A model generated the notes under the pieces. The model was not told where the DNA came from. It searched no databases and was given only the letters and a program-made list of their open reading frames with translations. The translations under genes and the position numbers were made by a program. From Thermoplasmata archaeon (GTDB lineage Archaea > Thermoplasmatota > E2 > JACPAO01 > JAHFTW01): a stretch of DNA of 64,000 nt. Positions 45,377-55,884 of the stretch are shown piece by piece; position 1 is the stretch's first letter, and each line of letters opens with the position of its first letter. Location of the stretch: the NCBI GenBank assembly GCA_023269235.1, contig JAHFTW010000002.1, positions 119,294 through 183,293 of the forward strand, given 5' to 3'.

Positions 45377-45820
45377 ATGCCTCGCATCGACATGGACGCG
45401 GCGGCGGTCGTCGTCGTCCGCACCCGGATTGAGGAAGGGGCGGTCAAGATGGAGCACGGCCCCGCGGAGCCGTTGCATCTCCAGCCCGGCCAGAAACTCA
45501 TCGTGTACCACACCTACGAGTTCGACGAGGGCGCCTGGCGTCGCGAGGCGTTCGCCTTCGGCCTGGACGCGCGCCCCGACAAGGAGGACGCCCACCACGC
45601 CGAGACCATCCTGCACAACCATCTGTTCCTCGCCTCGCACGGCAAGGGCTCCGTCAGCGTCGCGCACCGGTTCCAGGAGCCGGGTCGCCACGTCCTCGCC
45701 TTCTCCGCGCTGGCGGAGTACCATGGTGGCTCATGGTCGCGCACCGACACGCCGACCGAGCGCAAGACGGCGACCGGTCGCCTCACCGTAATCGTCGCGA
45801 AACGACCGACTAACGGCTGA
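45377..45820 (+). CDS. Hypothetical beta-rich protein
   Basis: Paralog of 44747..45289. Confidence 0.7.
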   Translation: MPRIDMDAAAVVVVRTRIEEGAVKMEHGPAEPLHLQPGQKLIVYHTYEFDEGAWRREAFAFGLDARPDKEDAHHAETILHNHLFLASHGKGSVSVAHRFQEPGRHVLAFSALAEYHGGSWSRTDTPTERKTATGRLTVIVAKRPTNG

Positions 45821-46031
45821 GCGCCGCGACGTGGCGGCAGATGGCCGCGAGGTCGTTGCTGACGAACGCGCCGTCCTCGAGGACGGGGACGGACTCCGAC
45901 TTGAACTTCTGCCGGACCAGGGTCTTGTCTCCGACGGGGAGCGTCACGACCTCGAACGGGGTGTCGGCCTGCCGCAGGAGCCGGCGCACCAGGCCGCACT
46001 CGTGGCACTCGGCGAACTGGTAGAGCTTCAT
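45810..46031 (-). CDS. Glutaredoxin/GST N-terminal-like protein
   Basis: MKLYQ..CHEC..VR, VPVLED. Confidence 0.75.
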   Translation of the reverse strand: MKLYQFAECHECGLVRRLLRQADTPFEVVTLPVGDKTLVRQKFKSESVPVLEDGAFVSNDLAAICRHVAALSR

Positions 46032-46052
46032 GGCCGCCGGCACGCGCAGGGG

Positions 46053-46730
46053 CTACTTGGGTTCTGTGCGCCACGCCCCGACGACCCAGGTGGCCCGGCT
46101 CGCGGTCGCCTCGACCTGGGCCGTCTCCACCACGAGGCGGCGGCGGAAACAGGGGGCATCGAGGACGAGCGTCTCGTACTCGCCTCCTTCTCCGGCGACG
46201 TGGGGGCGCGCCTTGTGGGCCGCCATCGCGAGGAGCTTCGCCTCGTCCAGCCGCTCGCCGCACCATGCATTGGGGACGCCCTCTGCGGCAGTGCGGCTGA
46301 ACCGGATGTCCCAGCCTCCGCGCACGAGGGAGCGGACGTAGCCGGCGGGCTCCTTGTGCCAAAGCGGCATGAACGACTTGAGCCCAAGGCGGTGCCCGAT
46401 GGCCTCGAGGCGCGTGCGCTGGTACTCGCTGGCAATGGCTCCTGATACGAAGCCGTCGAGACGCCACTCCGTCTTGAGGCGGGCGAGGGCGGCCTCCAGG
46501 TCCTGGACTTCTTCCACGGCGCCCGAACGGACGGGGACGGCGACGACAGGGAGCCCAAGGCACTGCGCGACCCCTTCCGCGGCGCCGAGGGCCGGCGTGT
46601 GGAACATCCAGGCGTCGTCCTGGGCGGGCTTCACAATGAGGGCGCCGACGACGTCCCAGCCGTGGCCGCGCGCAGTCTCGACGGCGCAGACCGAGTCCTT
46701 GCCCCCGGAGAGGAGGGCGGCGACACGCAT
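46053..46730 (-). CDS. dph6: Diphthine--ammonia ligase
   Basis: SGGKDS, MFHTP, GAIASEYQ, PLWH, GEGGEYET. Confidence 0.93.
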   Translation of the reverse strand: MRVAALLSGGKDSVCAVETARGHGWDVVGALIVKPAQDDAWMFHTPALGAAEGVAQCLGLPVVAVPVRSGAVEEVQDLEAALARLKTEWRLDGFVSGAIASEYQRTRLEAIGHRLGLKSFMPLWHKEPAGYVRSLVRGGWDIRFSRTAAEGVPNAWCGERLDEAKLLAMAAHKARPHVAGEGGEYETLVLDAPCFRRRLVVETAQVEATASRATWVVGAWRTEPK

Positions 46731-47551
46731 CAGCGCGCCTTCTTCCCCTTCGTCTTCGCGGCGACCGGCAGCGTGGCGAGGGCTCCGTCGCGCAGGGTGG
46801 GGCGGAACTCGCGGGCGGGGGCGAGGTCGTCCCAGTCGAGCTCGACGAGGGTGCGGCCTTCCTTGAGCGCCTCCATGCGGCCAAGCAGCGTGCCGCGCGG
46901 GCCCCACGCCTGGGAGCCGCCCCAGAAGACGACGCCGTCTTGCGGCCCGACGACGTTGCAGTAGGCGGCGAAGCTGGCGTTCTCGATGGCGCGCGCCGGC
47001 ATGAGCGCCTCGAAGAAACGCTGGCTCGTCGTCGGGCTCGCGCTGATGTTGAGGAGCAAGTCGGCGCCGGCGAGCGCCTGGGCGCGCGGGAACTCGGGGA
47101 AGAACCAGTCGTAGCAGATCGTGATGCCGATGCGGCCAACGCCGGTGTCGAAGACGGGGCTCGTCGTCCCGGGCTTGAAGAAGAGGCCCTCCTGGAACGT
47201 CGTGAAGGTGGCGGGCTCACGCTTGTCGTAGGCGGCCGTCTCGCCGCCGGGGCCGAACAGGAGCGCGCTGTTGTACATGATGCCCTTGCGCGGCGTGCGG
47301 GGCGCGCCGACGACGCAGTGCGCCTTCGCGGCCGCGCAGGCCTTGCGGATGGGCTCCAACCGGTCGTCGCCGTCCTTGAACGCGAGACGCTGGGCGTCGT
47401 CGCCGATGGCATAGCCTGTGAGGAACATCTCGGGGAACACCACGAGGTCCGCCTCGCGCGACGCGACGGCCTTGGCGACGGCGGCGACGTTGGCCTCGAC
47501 GTTGCCGAGCTTGGGGGCCGCGCTGTGCAAGGCGAGCCGGGTGGGCTTCAC
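46730..47551 (-). CDS. Carbon-nitrogen hydrolase (nitrilase fold)
   Basis: E-K-C triad: FPEMFLTGY, YDKR, ICYD. Confidence 0.92.
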   Translation of the reverse strand: MKPTRLALHSAAPKLGNVEANVAAVAKAVASREADLVVFPEMFLTGYAIGDDAQRLAFKDGDDRLEPIRKACAAAKAHCVVGAPRTPRKGIMYNSALLFGPGGETAAYDKREPATFTTFQEGLFFKPGTTSPVFDTGVGRIGITICYDWFFPEFPRAQALAGADLLLNISASPTTSQRFFEALMPARAIENASFAAYCNVVGPQDGVVFWGGSQAWGPRGTLLGRMEALKEGRTLVELDWDDLAPAREFRPTLRDGALATLPVAAKTKGKKAR

Positions 47552-47586
47552 GCGCCGTTCAAATCCGGGGCCGCCTTGGACGTTTC

Positions 47587-48462
47587 GTGCCGAAAGCCGC
47601 CTCCGGTCCCGCCTCCGACCCGGTCGGGCCGGAGGGCGCCGTCACCGTCACGGAGGGCCCCGCCCGCTGGGAGGCGGTCCTCCAGGCGTTCCTGCGCCAC
47701 GCGGTGGAGGCCGCGGGGGCGAAGGGGCTCGTCGTCGGCGTCTCCGGGGGCCTCGACTCCGCCGTGGTCGCGGGCCTCGCCGCGCGGGCGTTGGGGCGGG
47801 AGCGCGTGCTCGCCATCATGCTCCCCTCTCCCGACTCGAACCCGCTGGACGCGGAGCACGCCAAGCTCGGCTGCGCCGCCTTCGGCCTCACGCCGGTCCT
47901 GCACGGCATCGGCCCCATCGTGGCCGGCCTGGAGTCCACCTTGGGGTACACGCCGGCGGCGCGCGAGCGTGGCAACGCCAAGGCGCGCGCCCGCATGCTC
48001 CTCCTGTACGCGGAGGCTGCCCGGCGCGATTTCCTCGTCTGCGGCACGGGCAACAAGTCGGAGCTTCTCACCGGCTACTTCACGAAGCACGGCGACGGCG
48101 GAGTGGACCTCCAGCCCATCGGCGACCTCTACAAGACGCAGGTGCGCGAGCTGGCCCGCCACCTCGGCGTCCCCAAGCCCATCATCGAGAAGGCGCCCTC
48201 CGCCGGCCTCTACCCGGGCCAGACGGACGAAGGCGACATGGGTCTCACCTACGACCAGCTCGACAGCGTCCTGCGCCAGCTGGAGCTGAACCACGGCCTC
48301 GACGTCGTGGCGCGCAAGACGGGGCTCACGCTCGCGATGGTCGAGAAGGTGGACGGGATGGTCCGCCGCACGGAGCACAAGCGCCGGACAGCGCTCGTGC
48401 CGAAGCTGGGCTCGCGCACCGTGGGAATCGACTGGCGCCGCAGCGTGCAGTGGGACGCGTAG
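47587..48462 (+). CDS. nadE: NAD+ synthetase (single domain)
   Basis: SGGLDS, GNAKARARM, TGNKSE, FTKHGDG, PSAGL, TEHKR. Confidence 0.96.
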   Translation: MPKAASGPASDPVGPEGAVTVTEGPARWEAVLQAFLRHAVEAAGAKGLVVGVSGGLDSAVVAGLAARALGRERVLAIMLPSPDSNPLDAEHAKLGCAAFGLTPVLHGIGPIVAGLESTLGYTPAARERGNAKARARMLLLYAEAARRDFLVCGTGNKSELLTGYFTKHGDGGVDLQPIGDLYKTQVRELARHLGVPKPIIEKAPSAGLYPGQTDEGDMGLTYDQLDSVLRQLELNHGLDVVARKTGLTLAMVEKVDGMVRRTEHKRRTALVPKLGSRTVGIDWRRSVQWDA

Positions 48463-48469
48463 GGCGGGC

Positions 48470-48757
48470 TTAGGCCGCGATTAGGCCGGGGCTCGGCGTG
48501 GAGCCGACTTCAGCGGGCGTCGCGGGGGAGACGACCCAGAAGTAGGTCTGCCGGGTGTCGCGCAGGCTGGCGCGCTCCTTCAGGATGCCCAGCGCCTTGA
48601 GGGTCTTCAGGGCGGCGTACACCGTGCGGCGGGGCAGGCCGGTGGAGGCGCGGATCTCGGCGCCGGTCATGGGGGTGTGCTCGACCAGGGTGCAGAGCAC
48701 GGTCTGGACGGAGGGGGCGATGTGCGGGAGCGAGCGGACGGTGTCAGCGCAGGGCAT
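48470..48757 (-). CDS. Small winged-HTH protein
   Basis: MTGAEI..TGLPRRTVYAALKTL, DTRQTYF. Confidence 0.75.
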   Translation of the reverse strand: MPCADTVRSLPHIAPSVQTVLCTLVEHTPMTGAEIRASTGLPRRTVYAALKTLKALGILKERASLRDTRQTYFWVVSPATPAEVGSTPSPGLIAA

Positions 48758-48829
48758 GATTCCTACTATGCGAGGTGGAGTATTAGAGGTGAAAAGTTCA
48801 TACCGGTTAACTGTCTATACTGGATTGCC

Positions 48830-49180
48830 ATGAGCATGAAACCTGAGGCCGACCTCGAGGGCTGCTGCCCCTTCCAGGAGGCCATCGACCTCCTGTCCAG
48901 GCGCCACGCCATGACCCTCGTCTGGCTCCTCCAGGACGGCAAGCCCCGCCGCTTCAACGACATCAAGCGCGCCCTCGGCGTCAACCCCGTCAGCCTGAGC
49001 CAGCGCCTGGGGGAGCTCGAAGGCGCCGGCGTCGTGGACCGCAAGACGTTCAAGCAGGTCCCCCCGCGCGTCGAGTACTGGCTCACCGACAAGGGCCGCG
49101 AGCTCGTGCCCCTCATGGACCAGCTCGGCGTCTGGAGCAGCAAGCACCACGCGACGCCGCCCGCGCCGGTCCCGGCGTGA
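48830..49180 (+). CDS. HxlR-family transcriptional regulator
   Basis: CCP, RRFNDI, LSQRLGELE, VPPRVEYWLTDKG. Confidence 0.92.
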   Translation: MSMKPEADLEGCCPFQEAIDLLSRRHAMTLVWLLQDGKPRRFNDIKRALGVNPVSLSQRLGELEGAGVVDRKTFKQVPPRVEYWLTDKGRELVPLMDQLGVWSSKHHATPPAPVPA

Positions 49181-49187
49181 CGCCCCC

Positions 49188-50153
49188 GTGAAGCGCGTCC
49201 TCGGCCTGCACCAGCCCCTGGTCCTCTCCCCCATGGTGGACGTCACGGACCCCGCCTTCCGCGGCCTCGCCAAGGCGCACGGCGCCGACGTCACCTGCAG
49301 CGAGATGATCGCCGCCGTCGGCCTCGTGCACGGCAACCGCACCGCCTGGAGCCTCGTCGAGCGCGCCCCCAATGAATCCCCGTATGGCGTCCAGTTCATG
49401 TCGGCGGACCCCGCCACCATCCGGGACGCGGTGCGGCAGCTCGCCGAGCGCGTGAAGGTCGAGTTCGTGGACGTGAACCTGGGCTGTCCCGCCCCGAACA
49501 TCCTCAAGTCCTGCGCCGGCGGGTTCCTCATGCGCGACCCAGCACTCGCCGGCAAGGTGGTCGCCGCCGCCCGCGCCGCCGCCGACGAGGCCGGCATCCC
49601 GCACGTCTCCGCCAAGATGCGCCTCGGCCCCGATGCCAGCCGGCTGACCTACCTCGAGGTCGGCCAGGCCGTGACGGACGCCGGCGCCGACTGGGTGACG
49701 TTGCACGCCCGCACGGTGGCGCAGGGCTACTCCGGCGACGCCGAGTGGGGCCACATCGCGCGCCTCGTCGAGCACCTCGACGCCCCGGTGCTCGGCAACG
49801 GCGACCTGCGCACCCCCGAGGACGTCGTACGCATGCGCGACACGACCGGTTGCGCCGGGTTCTTCGTGGCGCGCGCCGCGATGCGCGACCCCACCGTCTT
49901 CTCCCGCATGCGCAAAGCCCTCGACGGGAAGCCCCCTGGCCCCGAGCCGACGATGCCGGAGCGCATGGCCACGCTGCTCGACTACCTGGACCGCTCCGGG
50001 CCCGATGCTCCCATTGGCGACCTGCGCCGCATGGGAACCCGCCTCGTGGCAGGCTCCCCCGGCGCGGCCCGGCTGCGGTCGCAGTTCAACGCTGCCGCGG
50101 ACGCCGCCACCCTGCGTGTGCTGGCCGAGACTACTCGAAATTCCGCCGCTTGA
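49188..50153 (+). CDS. tRNA-dihydrouridine synthase
   Basis: SPMVDVTD, VNLGCP, KMRLG, LHART, GNGD. Confidence 0.93.
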   Translation: MKRVLGLHQPLVLSPMVDVTDPAFRGLAKAHGADVTCSEMIAAVGLVHGNRTAWSLVERAPNESPYGVQFMSADPATIRDAVRQLAERVKVEFVDVNLGCPAPNILKSCAGGFLMRDPALAGKVVAAARAAADEAGIPHVSAKMRLGPDASRLTYLEVGQAVTDAGADWVTLHARTVAQGYSGDAEWGHIARLVEHLDAPVLGNGDLRTPEDVVRMRDTTGCAGFFVARAAMRDPTVFSRMRKALDGKPPGPEPTMPERMATLLDYLDRSGPDAPIGDLRRMGTRLVAGSPGAARLRSQFNAAADAATLRVLAETTRNSAA

Positions 50154-51059
50154 CGACGAGCACGCTGAGGCCGTAGAAGATCAGCGTGTACACGACGAGC
50201 ATGAGCGCGGCGAGGCCGGAGTCGTTGGGGGCCCCGTTGAAGAAGTTCAGGAGGCGCAGGAACTGCGCCGTGTCGCCCGTGTCGTGGGGAAGCAGCGCGC
50301 GCAGCCCCGCCTGCATGTCGGCCACCGGGTTGAGGTAGAGCCACGCCTGCACCTGCGGGAGGTCGTAGAAGTTCTGCACGGTGCCGTCGCGGGCGGCGTC
50401 GCGCAGGCTCGTGAAGACGCCGATTGAGCCCAGGATGGGGAACCCGATGAGCCACACGCCCAACGTGTAGAGGAAGCTCATCAGCGTGGACTTCGTGATG
50501 GTGGAGAAGAACAGGCTGATGGAGGCGAACGCGGCGCAGCCGAGCAGGATGAACACGAGCATCAGGAAGAAGCCCGCGACCTCGGCGCCGTCCGGCGACC
50601 CCGCGTAGAAGAACTGCATGAGGCCGTAGTCCAGGATGAACAGGCCCCCGATGGTGACGAAGACCGTCGTGAGGTTGCCCAGCAGCTTGCCGGTCACGAA
50701 CGCCACGCGGCTCACCGGCTTCGACAGCAGCAGGAAGATGGTGCGGTTCGACCACTCGCTGCACACGGCGTCGCCTGTGAGCACGATGGCTAGCAGCTGC
50801 GTGAACTGCAACCCACCCACCAGGCTCACGCCGAAGTACACCGTGAGGACCATGTTCTCCAGGGCGTTCGTGAACGGGTGGTCGCTGTTGCCGGTGCCGC
50901 CCCCCACGTTCGCGTCCTTGGTGACCTGCGGGCCGAAGACCAGCGTCACCATGACCAGGAGGAACAGCATGATGCCGGCGATGATGAGGAGGCGCTTGGT
51001 GCGGATGTGCTGCAGCACCTCTTTGCGGGCGACCTCGTAGGTGGCGCGCAGGAAATCGC

Positions 51060-51063
<4 letters not shown>
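50131..51063 (-). CDS. ABC-2 type transporter permease
   Basis: SEWSNRTIFLLLSKPVSR..GK. Confidence 0.9.
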
Positions 51064-51986
<923 letters not shown>

Positions 51987-52079
51987 GACGACGCCAGCCT
52001 CCAGGGCCTATGAAGCCTGACTGGTTCACCGATTGAACCGTGGAGAAACGGTTTCACGTCGCGACCAGTCGCCGACCTT

Positions 52080-53363
52080 GTGCTGGTGGGGCTGGACGAC
52101 ACGGATTCCTTGACCGGCGGGTGCACGACCCACCTCACGCTCCGCCTCCTGGCGGCCGTCCCGGAGCTCGCCCTCGCCGGACCGCCGCGCCTGGTGCGCC
52201 TGAACCCCAACAACCCCCGCAAGACGCGCGGCAACGGCGCCGTCGCCTTCACGCTGGTACGGCCGCAAGGCCCGCCCCGCGTCGTCGGGGCGTGGCACGG
52301 CGAGCGTGTCCTTGCCTACCCGCAGGGGGCTCCTGTGGCCGCGACGGAAGCGCTCCTCGACCTTCTCTGGGCCGCCGTGGAGGCGCACGCCGAACCTGAC
52401 GCCGGAACCGGCCTTGTGGTGGCCGATGCCCCCCCGCCAGCCCTGGCGTACTGGAAGGCCGTGCGCGGCCAGGCCGCCGCCCCGGACGCGGGCGGTCTGG
52501 CCCATCGGCGCCGCGGCGACGGCTGGGGCCTTGTCGGCGCCTACGCCGCCCTCGCTTGGCCCGGTCCGGCCGCAAGTTGGGAGCTCATCGCGTACCGCGC
52601 CCCCCAACGGGTCGGAACGCCGCGCGCCGTGGAGCCCGCGCCGCTTGCCGCGCTGGACCGCGCCGTGACCTTCCACACGTTCGACACCGCCGCTCGACGG
52701 CTCGCCTGCGTCCCGCACACGCCTTGTCCAGTGCTTGCGGGCCTGCGCGGCCGCGACGCCGCGTCGCTCCTGGCCCAAGGACTACCCGCGCTGCGCTCGG
52801 CCGCGGAGCCGTTCGACACGTGGCTTCTCTGGGAGACGAACCAGGCCTCGGGCGACCATGTCACCCCGGTCCAGTCGCTCGCGCAGGCCCCGCCGTGGGG
52901 GACCATCGAGGCGGACGCCGTCGTCCTGGACCGCCCCATCCGCCGAGCCGGGGGGCATCTCTTCGTCTCCTGCAAGGACCGCACGGGCGCCCGCTTCACC
53001 GCTGCCGCCTTCGAGCCGACGAAGGGGTTCCGCGACGCGGTCGGAGCCCTGCGGGCAGGCGACCGCATCACCGTCGTCGGCCCCGTCGAGGACGGGACCG
53101 TCCGGCTCGAGAAACTGCGCGTCGTCGCGCTCGCCAACGTGCTCGTCAAGGAGGCCAACCCCGTCTGCCCCGAGTGCGGCAAGCGCATGAAGTCGGCCGG
53201 GGCGGGCGCCGGCTACCGCTGCCGCACCTGCGGGACCGAGGCGCCCCCGGACGCGGCGGACCTGCACGACGAGGCGCGCACCCTCAAGCCAGGCTGGCTC
53301 GAAGTGCCCGTCGGGGCGCGCCGCCACCTGCACCGCCCGGTGGCGTGGACGATGGGTCTTTGA
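52080..53363 (+). CDS. tiaS: tRNA(Ile2) agmatinylcytidine synthetase
   Basis: GLDDTDS..GCTT, LVRLNPN.P.KTRGN, AAFEPT, CPECG/CRTC, RRHL. Confidence 0.93.
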   Translation: MLVGLDDTDSLTGGCTTHLTLRLLAAVPELALAGPPRLVRLNPNNPRKTRGNGAVAFTLVRPQGPPRVVGAWHGERVLAYPQGAPVAATEALLDLLWAAVEAHAEPDAGTGLVVADAPPPALAYWKAVRGQAAAPDAGGLAHRRRGDGWGLVGAYAALAWPGPAASWELIAYRAPQRVGTPRAVEPAPLAALDRAVTFHTFDTAARRLACVPHTPCPVLAGLRGRDAASLLAQGLPALRSAAEPFDTWLLWETNQASGDHVTPVQSLAQAPPWGTIEADAVVLDRPIRRAGGHLFVSCKDRTGARFTAAAFEPTKGFRDAVGALRAGDRITVVGPVEDGTVRLEKLRVVALANVLVKEANPVCPECGKRMKSAGAGAGYRCRTCGTEAPPDAADLHDEARTLKPGWLEVPVGARRHLHRPVAWTMGL

Positions 53364-53385
53364 CGGGCTGGCCAGGTTGGCCCGC

Positions 53386-53814
53386 ATGCGCTGGTTCGCC
53401 TTCGCCGCCCTTCCCCTGCTTGCCGTGGTCTTCGCCGGATGCGAAAGCAATGAGGGGTCCGCCTGCGGCGAGGCCGAGGCCGGCGTCACCACGCTGACGG
53501 TCCACCTGGGCACGAACGCGGACGGCTCGATGTACATGACGCCGTCCGGCTTGCAAGCCGCCCAGGGGGCCAAGGTCCGTTTCCAGGTCGTCAACGACGA
53601 CGCCAAGGTGTTCCACGACTTTGCGGTCCTGAACCTCCTGGGCGACGGCAAGAACCTCGAGCATGAGGTGGACGGCGGCGCCACGGTCTGCACCACGCAC
53701 GAAGGCAAGCCCTACGTCGTCCTTGACAAGAGGGGATCGTTCACCGTCGTCTGCGAGGTGTCCGGCCACAAGGAACTCGGCATGAAGATGAAGGACGGCT
53801 TCAAGGTGGTCTGA
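53386..53814 (+). CDS. Cupredoxin (blue copper) lipoprotein
   Basis: Lipobox FAGC; HDF and C-x4-H-x4-M (CEVSGHKELGM). Confidence 0.85.
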   Translation: MRWFAFAALPLLAVVFAGCESNEGSACGEAEAGVTTLTVHLGTNADGSMYMTPSGLQAAQGAKVRFQVVNDDAKVFHDFAVLNLLGDGKNLEHEVDGGATVCTTHEGKPYVVLDKRGSFTVVCEVSGHKELGMKMKDGFKVV

Positions 53815-53826
53815 GGACGCCCCGGG

Positions 53827-55863
53827 TTACATTCCCCAGAACTTGTCCTCTTTGCGCTTGACGCGCAGGAGCTCGAGGAGCGTGTCCTTCTCCTCGGGGC
53901 TGATTTTTCCTTCGGTGAGGAGCCATTTGGCGTCGCCCTCGGGGATGTCCATGTGGAACAGGTCGCCTTCCATGATCTGGCGCCCGATGGTGGGACCGTG
54001 CACCGAGATGGCGACCTCGTCGCCGAGCTTTGCCTCCTCCACGGTCTTCTTGTCCTTCTGGATGCTCTTGACGCGACCGATGGGCTTGCCGTCTTCTTTC
54101 ATCAGCATGCGGCCCGCAAGCAGCGTGCCGGCCAGCACGCGGACGCCGAAGACGGCGGGGTCGCGGCCGCGAAACGCGTTGCCGGGCAGGAAGCGAATCT
54201 TACAGGGGTGGACGTGCGTCTGGCGGTTGGCCGCCTCGAGCTTCCGCTTCTCGTCGGCGAGCCACTTGTCGTGGTTGTCGAGGAGCCCGTAGATGACGCG
54301 GTCGGTGAAGACGGTGAGCTCGCGCGCCTGGGCCTCGGCCTCGACGTCGGGGAGCATCTTGACGTTGAAGCCCAGCAAGATCCGCTGCAGCGGGTCCGTC
54401 ATGGCGGCGGCCTCGACGACGTCGCGGCGGCTGATGTCCCCGACCTCCGCTTTGCGGATGGAGACTTGGCGCTCCTTCAGAAGATTGGCGAGCGCCTCCA
54501 GGCCGCCGATGGTATCGGATTTGACGTAGATGCCCGTGTCGCGCAGCTCGACTTGCGGCTTGCTGGCAGCGGCGACCGCCTCGTAGGCGGCCTTGTTCTG
54601 CTCGGCGTCCTGGCGCACGACGCGCATGGGCGCCCCGGCGACGACCCCTTCGGCGTCGGGGATGAGGAGCTTGATGCCGGCCGCGGCGACGACCTCGTCG
54701 GCGGCGGTGAACGCCTTGCGGGCGTCGCGCATCTCGTCGAGCGGCGCGGGGCGCAGGAGGCCCTTGACCTTGCTGATGAGCGGCTCATTCTTGGTGCCGA
54801 GGAGGATGGTGTCCGACTTGCGGATTTTCCCTGCGTACAGGATGACGTCGAGGACGGTGCCGAGGCCCTTGTCCTGCTTGACTTCGAGGACGGTGCCTTC
54901 GCCGGGCAGCTCCTCGTCGGTCTCGAGGCGCGCCTCGAGGAACTTCTGCGCCAGGCCCACCAGCATCGCGAGGAGGTCTTGGATGCCTTCGCCCGAGCGC
55001 GCGCAGGTCGGGACGATGGCGATGTTCTTCGTGAAATCCGAGATGCGGTCGTAGCGCTCCGCGTTGAGGCCCTGCTCGTAGAGGGCGGCGATGAGGCGGT
55101 AGAATTTCTCGTCGAAGTTCGCCTGCGCGCTCGGGCCCTGGTCGCGGACGTTCAGGATGAACGGCTTGTCGGCCGTGACCCAGCCTTGGCAGCGGTCCAC
55201 CTTGTTCGCGGCCACGATGAACGGCGTCTTCGTGGAGCGCAGGATCTGGATGGCCTCCACGGTCTGCGGCATGAGGCCCTCGGTCATGTCCACGACGAGG
55301 ATGGCGATGTCGGCGAGTTGGCCGCCGCGGCGGCGCAGGCTGCTGAACGCGTGGTGGCCCGGCGTGTCAATGAAGAGAAGGCCGGGGACGGTGAACTTCT
55401 TGCCCTTCAGGACGGGGCCGCAGCGCTCGTAGATGGTGGCGAGCGGGACCTCGGAGGCGCCGATGTGCTGCGTGATGGCGCCCGCCTCGCGGTCGAACAC
55501 TTTCGTGCCGCGCACCTTGTCGAGAAGGCTCGTCTTGCCGTGGTCGACGTGCCCGAGGACGGACACGATGGGGTGGCGCGTGTAGGCGGTCGCGGACTTC
55601 GCGGTCAGGGACCCGAGCGCCTTCTCGACGTCGCCCTCGACGGCGGCCTTGGCCTGCTCCCTGGCCCGGGCGATGGACTCCTCGGAGGGCACGAGCGCGG
55701 CCGGCTGGGGCTCCTCCCGCTTGGGGGCCTCGGTAGGCTTTCCTTCGACCTTGGCCGGGGCGGGCGCCTCCGGCGCATCTTCGACCTGGTCGCCGAACTC
55801 CGCCTCCAGTTCCGCGGCGAGCTGATCCGCCAGCTTCTCCTCGGCTGTGCGGTCGTCGCCCAT
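53827..55863 (-). CDS. infB: Translation initiation factor aIF5B (IF-2)
   Basis: GHVDHGKT, AITQHIGA, DTPGH, NKVD, FWGM end; acidic N-terminal extension. Confidence 0.97.
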   Translation of the reverse strand: MGDDRTAEEKLADQLAAELEAEFGDQVEDAPEAPAPAKVEGKPTEAPKREEPQPAALVPSEESIARAREQAKAAVEGDVEKALGSLTAKSATAYTRHPIVSVLGHVDHGKTSLLDKVRGTKVFDREAGAITQHIGASEVPLATIYERCGPVLKGKKFTVPGLLFIDTPGHHAFSSLRRRGGQLADIAILVVDMTEGLMPQTVEAIQILRSTKTPFIVAANKVDRCQGWVTADKPFILNVRDQGPSAQANFDEKFYRLIAALYEQGLNAERYDRISDFTKNIAIVPTCARSGEGIQDLLAMLVGLAQKFLEARLETDEELPGEGTVLEVKQDKGLGTVLDVILYAGKIRKSDTILLGTKNEPLISKVKGLLRPAPLDEMRDARKAFTAADEVVAAAGIKLLIPDAEGVVAGAPMRVVRQDAEQNKAAYEAVAAASKPQVELRDTGIYVKSDTIGGLEALANLLKERQVSIRKAEVGDISRRDVVEAAAMTDPLQRILLGFNVKMLPDVEAEAQARELTVFTDRVIYGLLDNHDKWLADEKRKLEAANRQTHVHPCKIRFLPGNAFRGRDPAVFGVRVLAGTLLAGRMLMKEDGKPIGRVKSIQKDKKTVEEAKLGDEVAISVHGPTIGRQIMEGDLFHMDIPEGDAKWLLTEGKISPEEKDTLLELLRVKRKEDKFWGM

Positions 55864-55884
55864 GCCGTGGCCGACTTGGGACCG

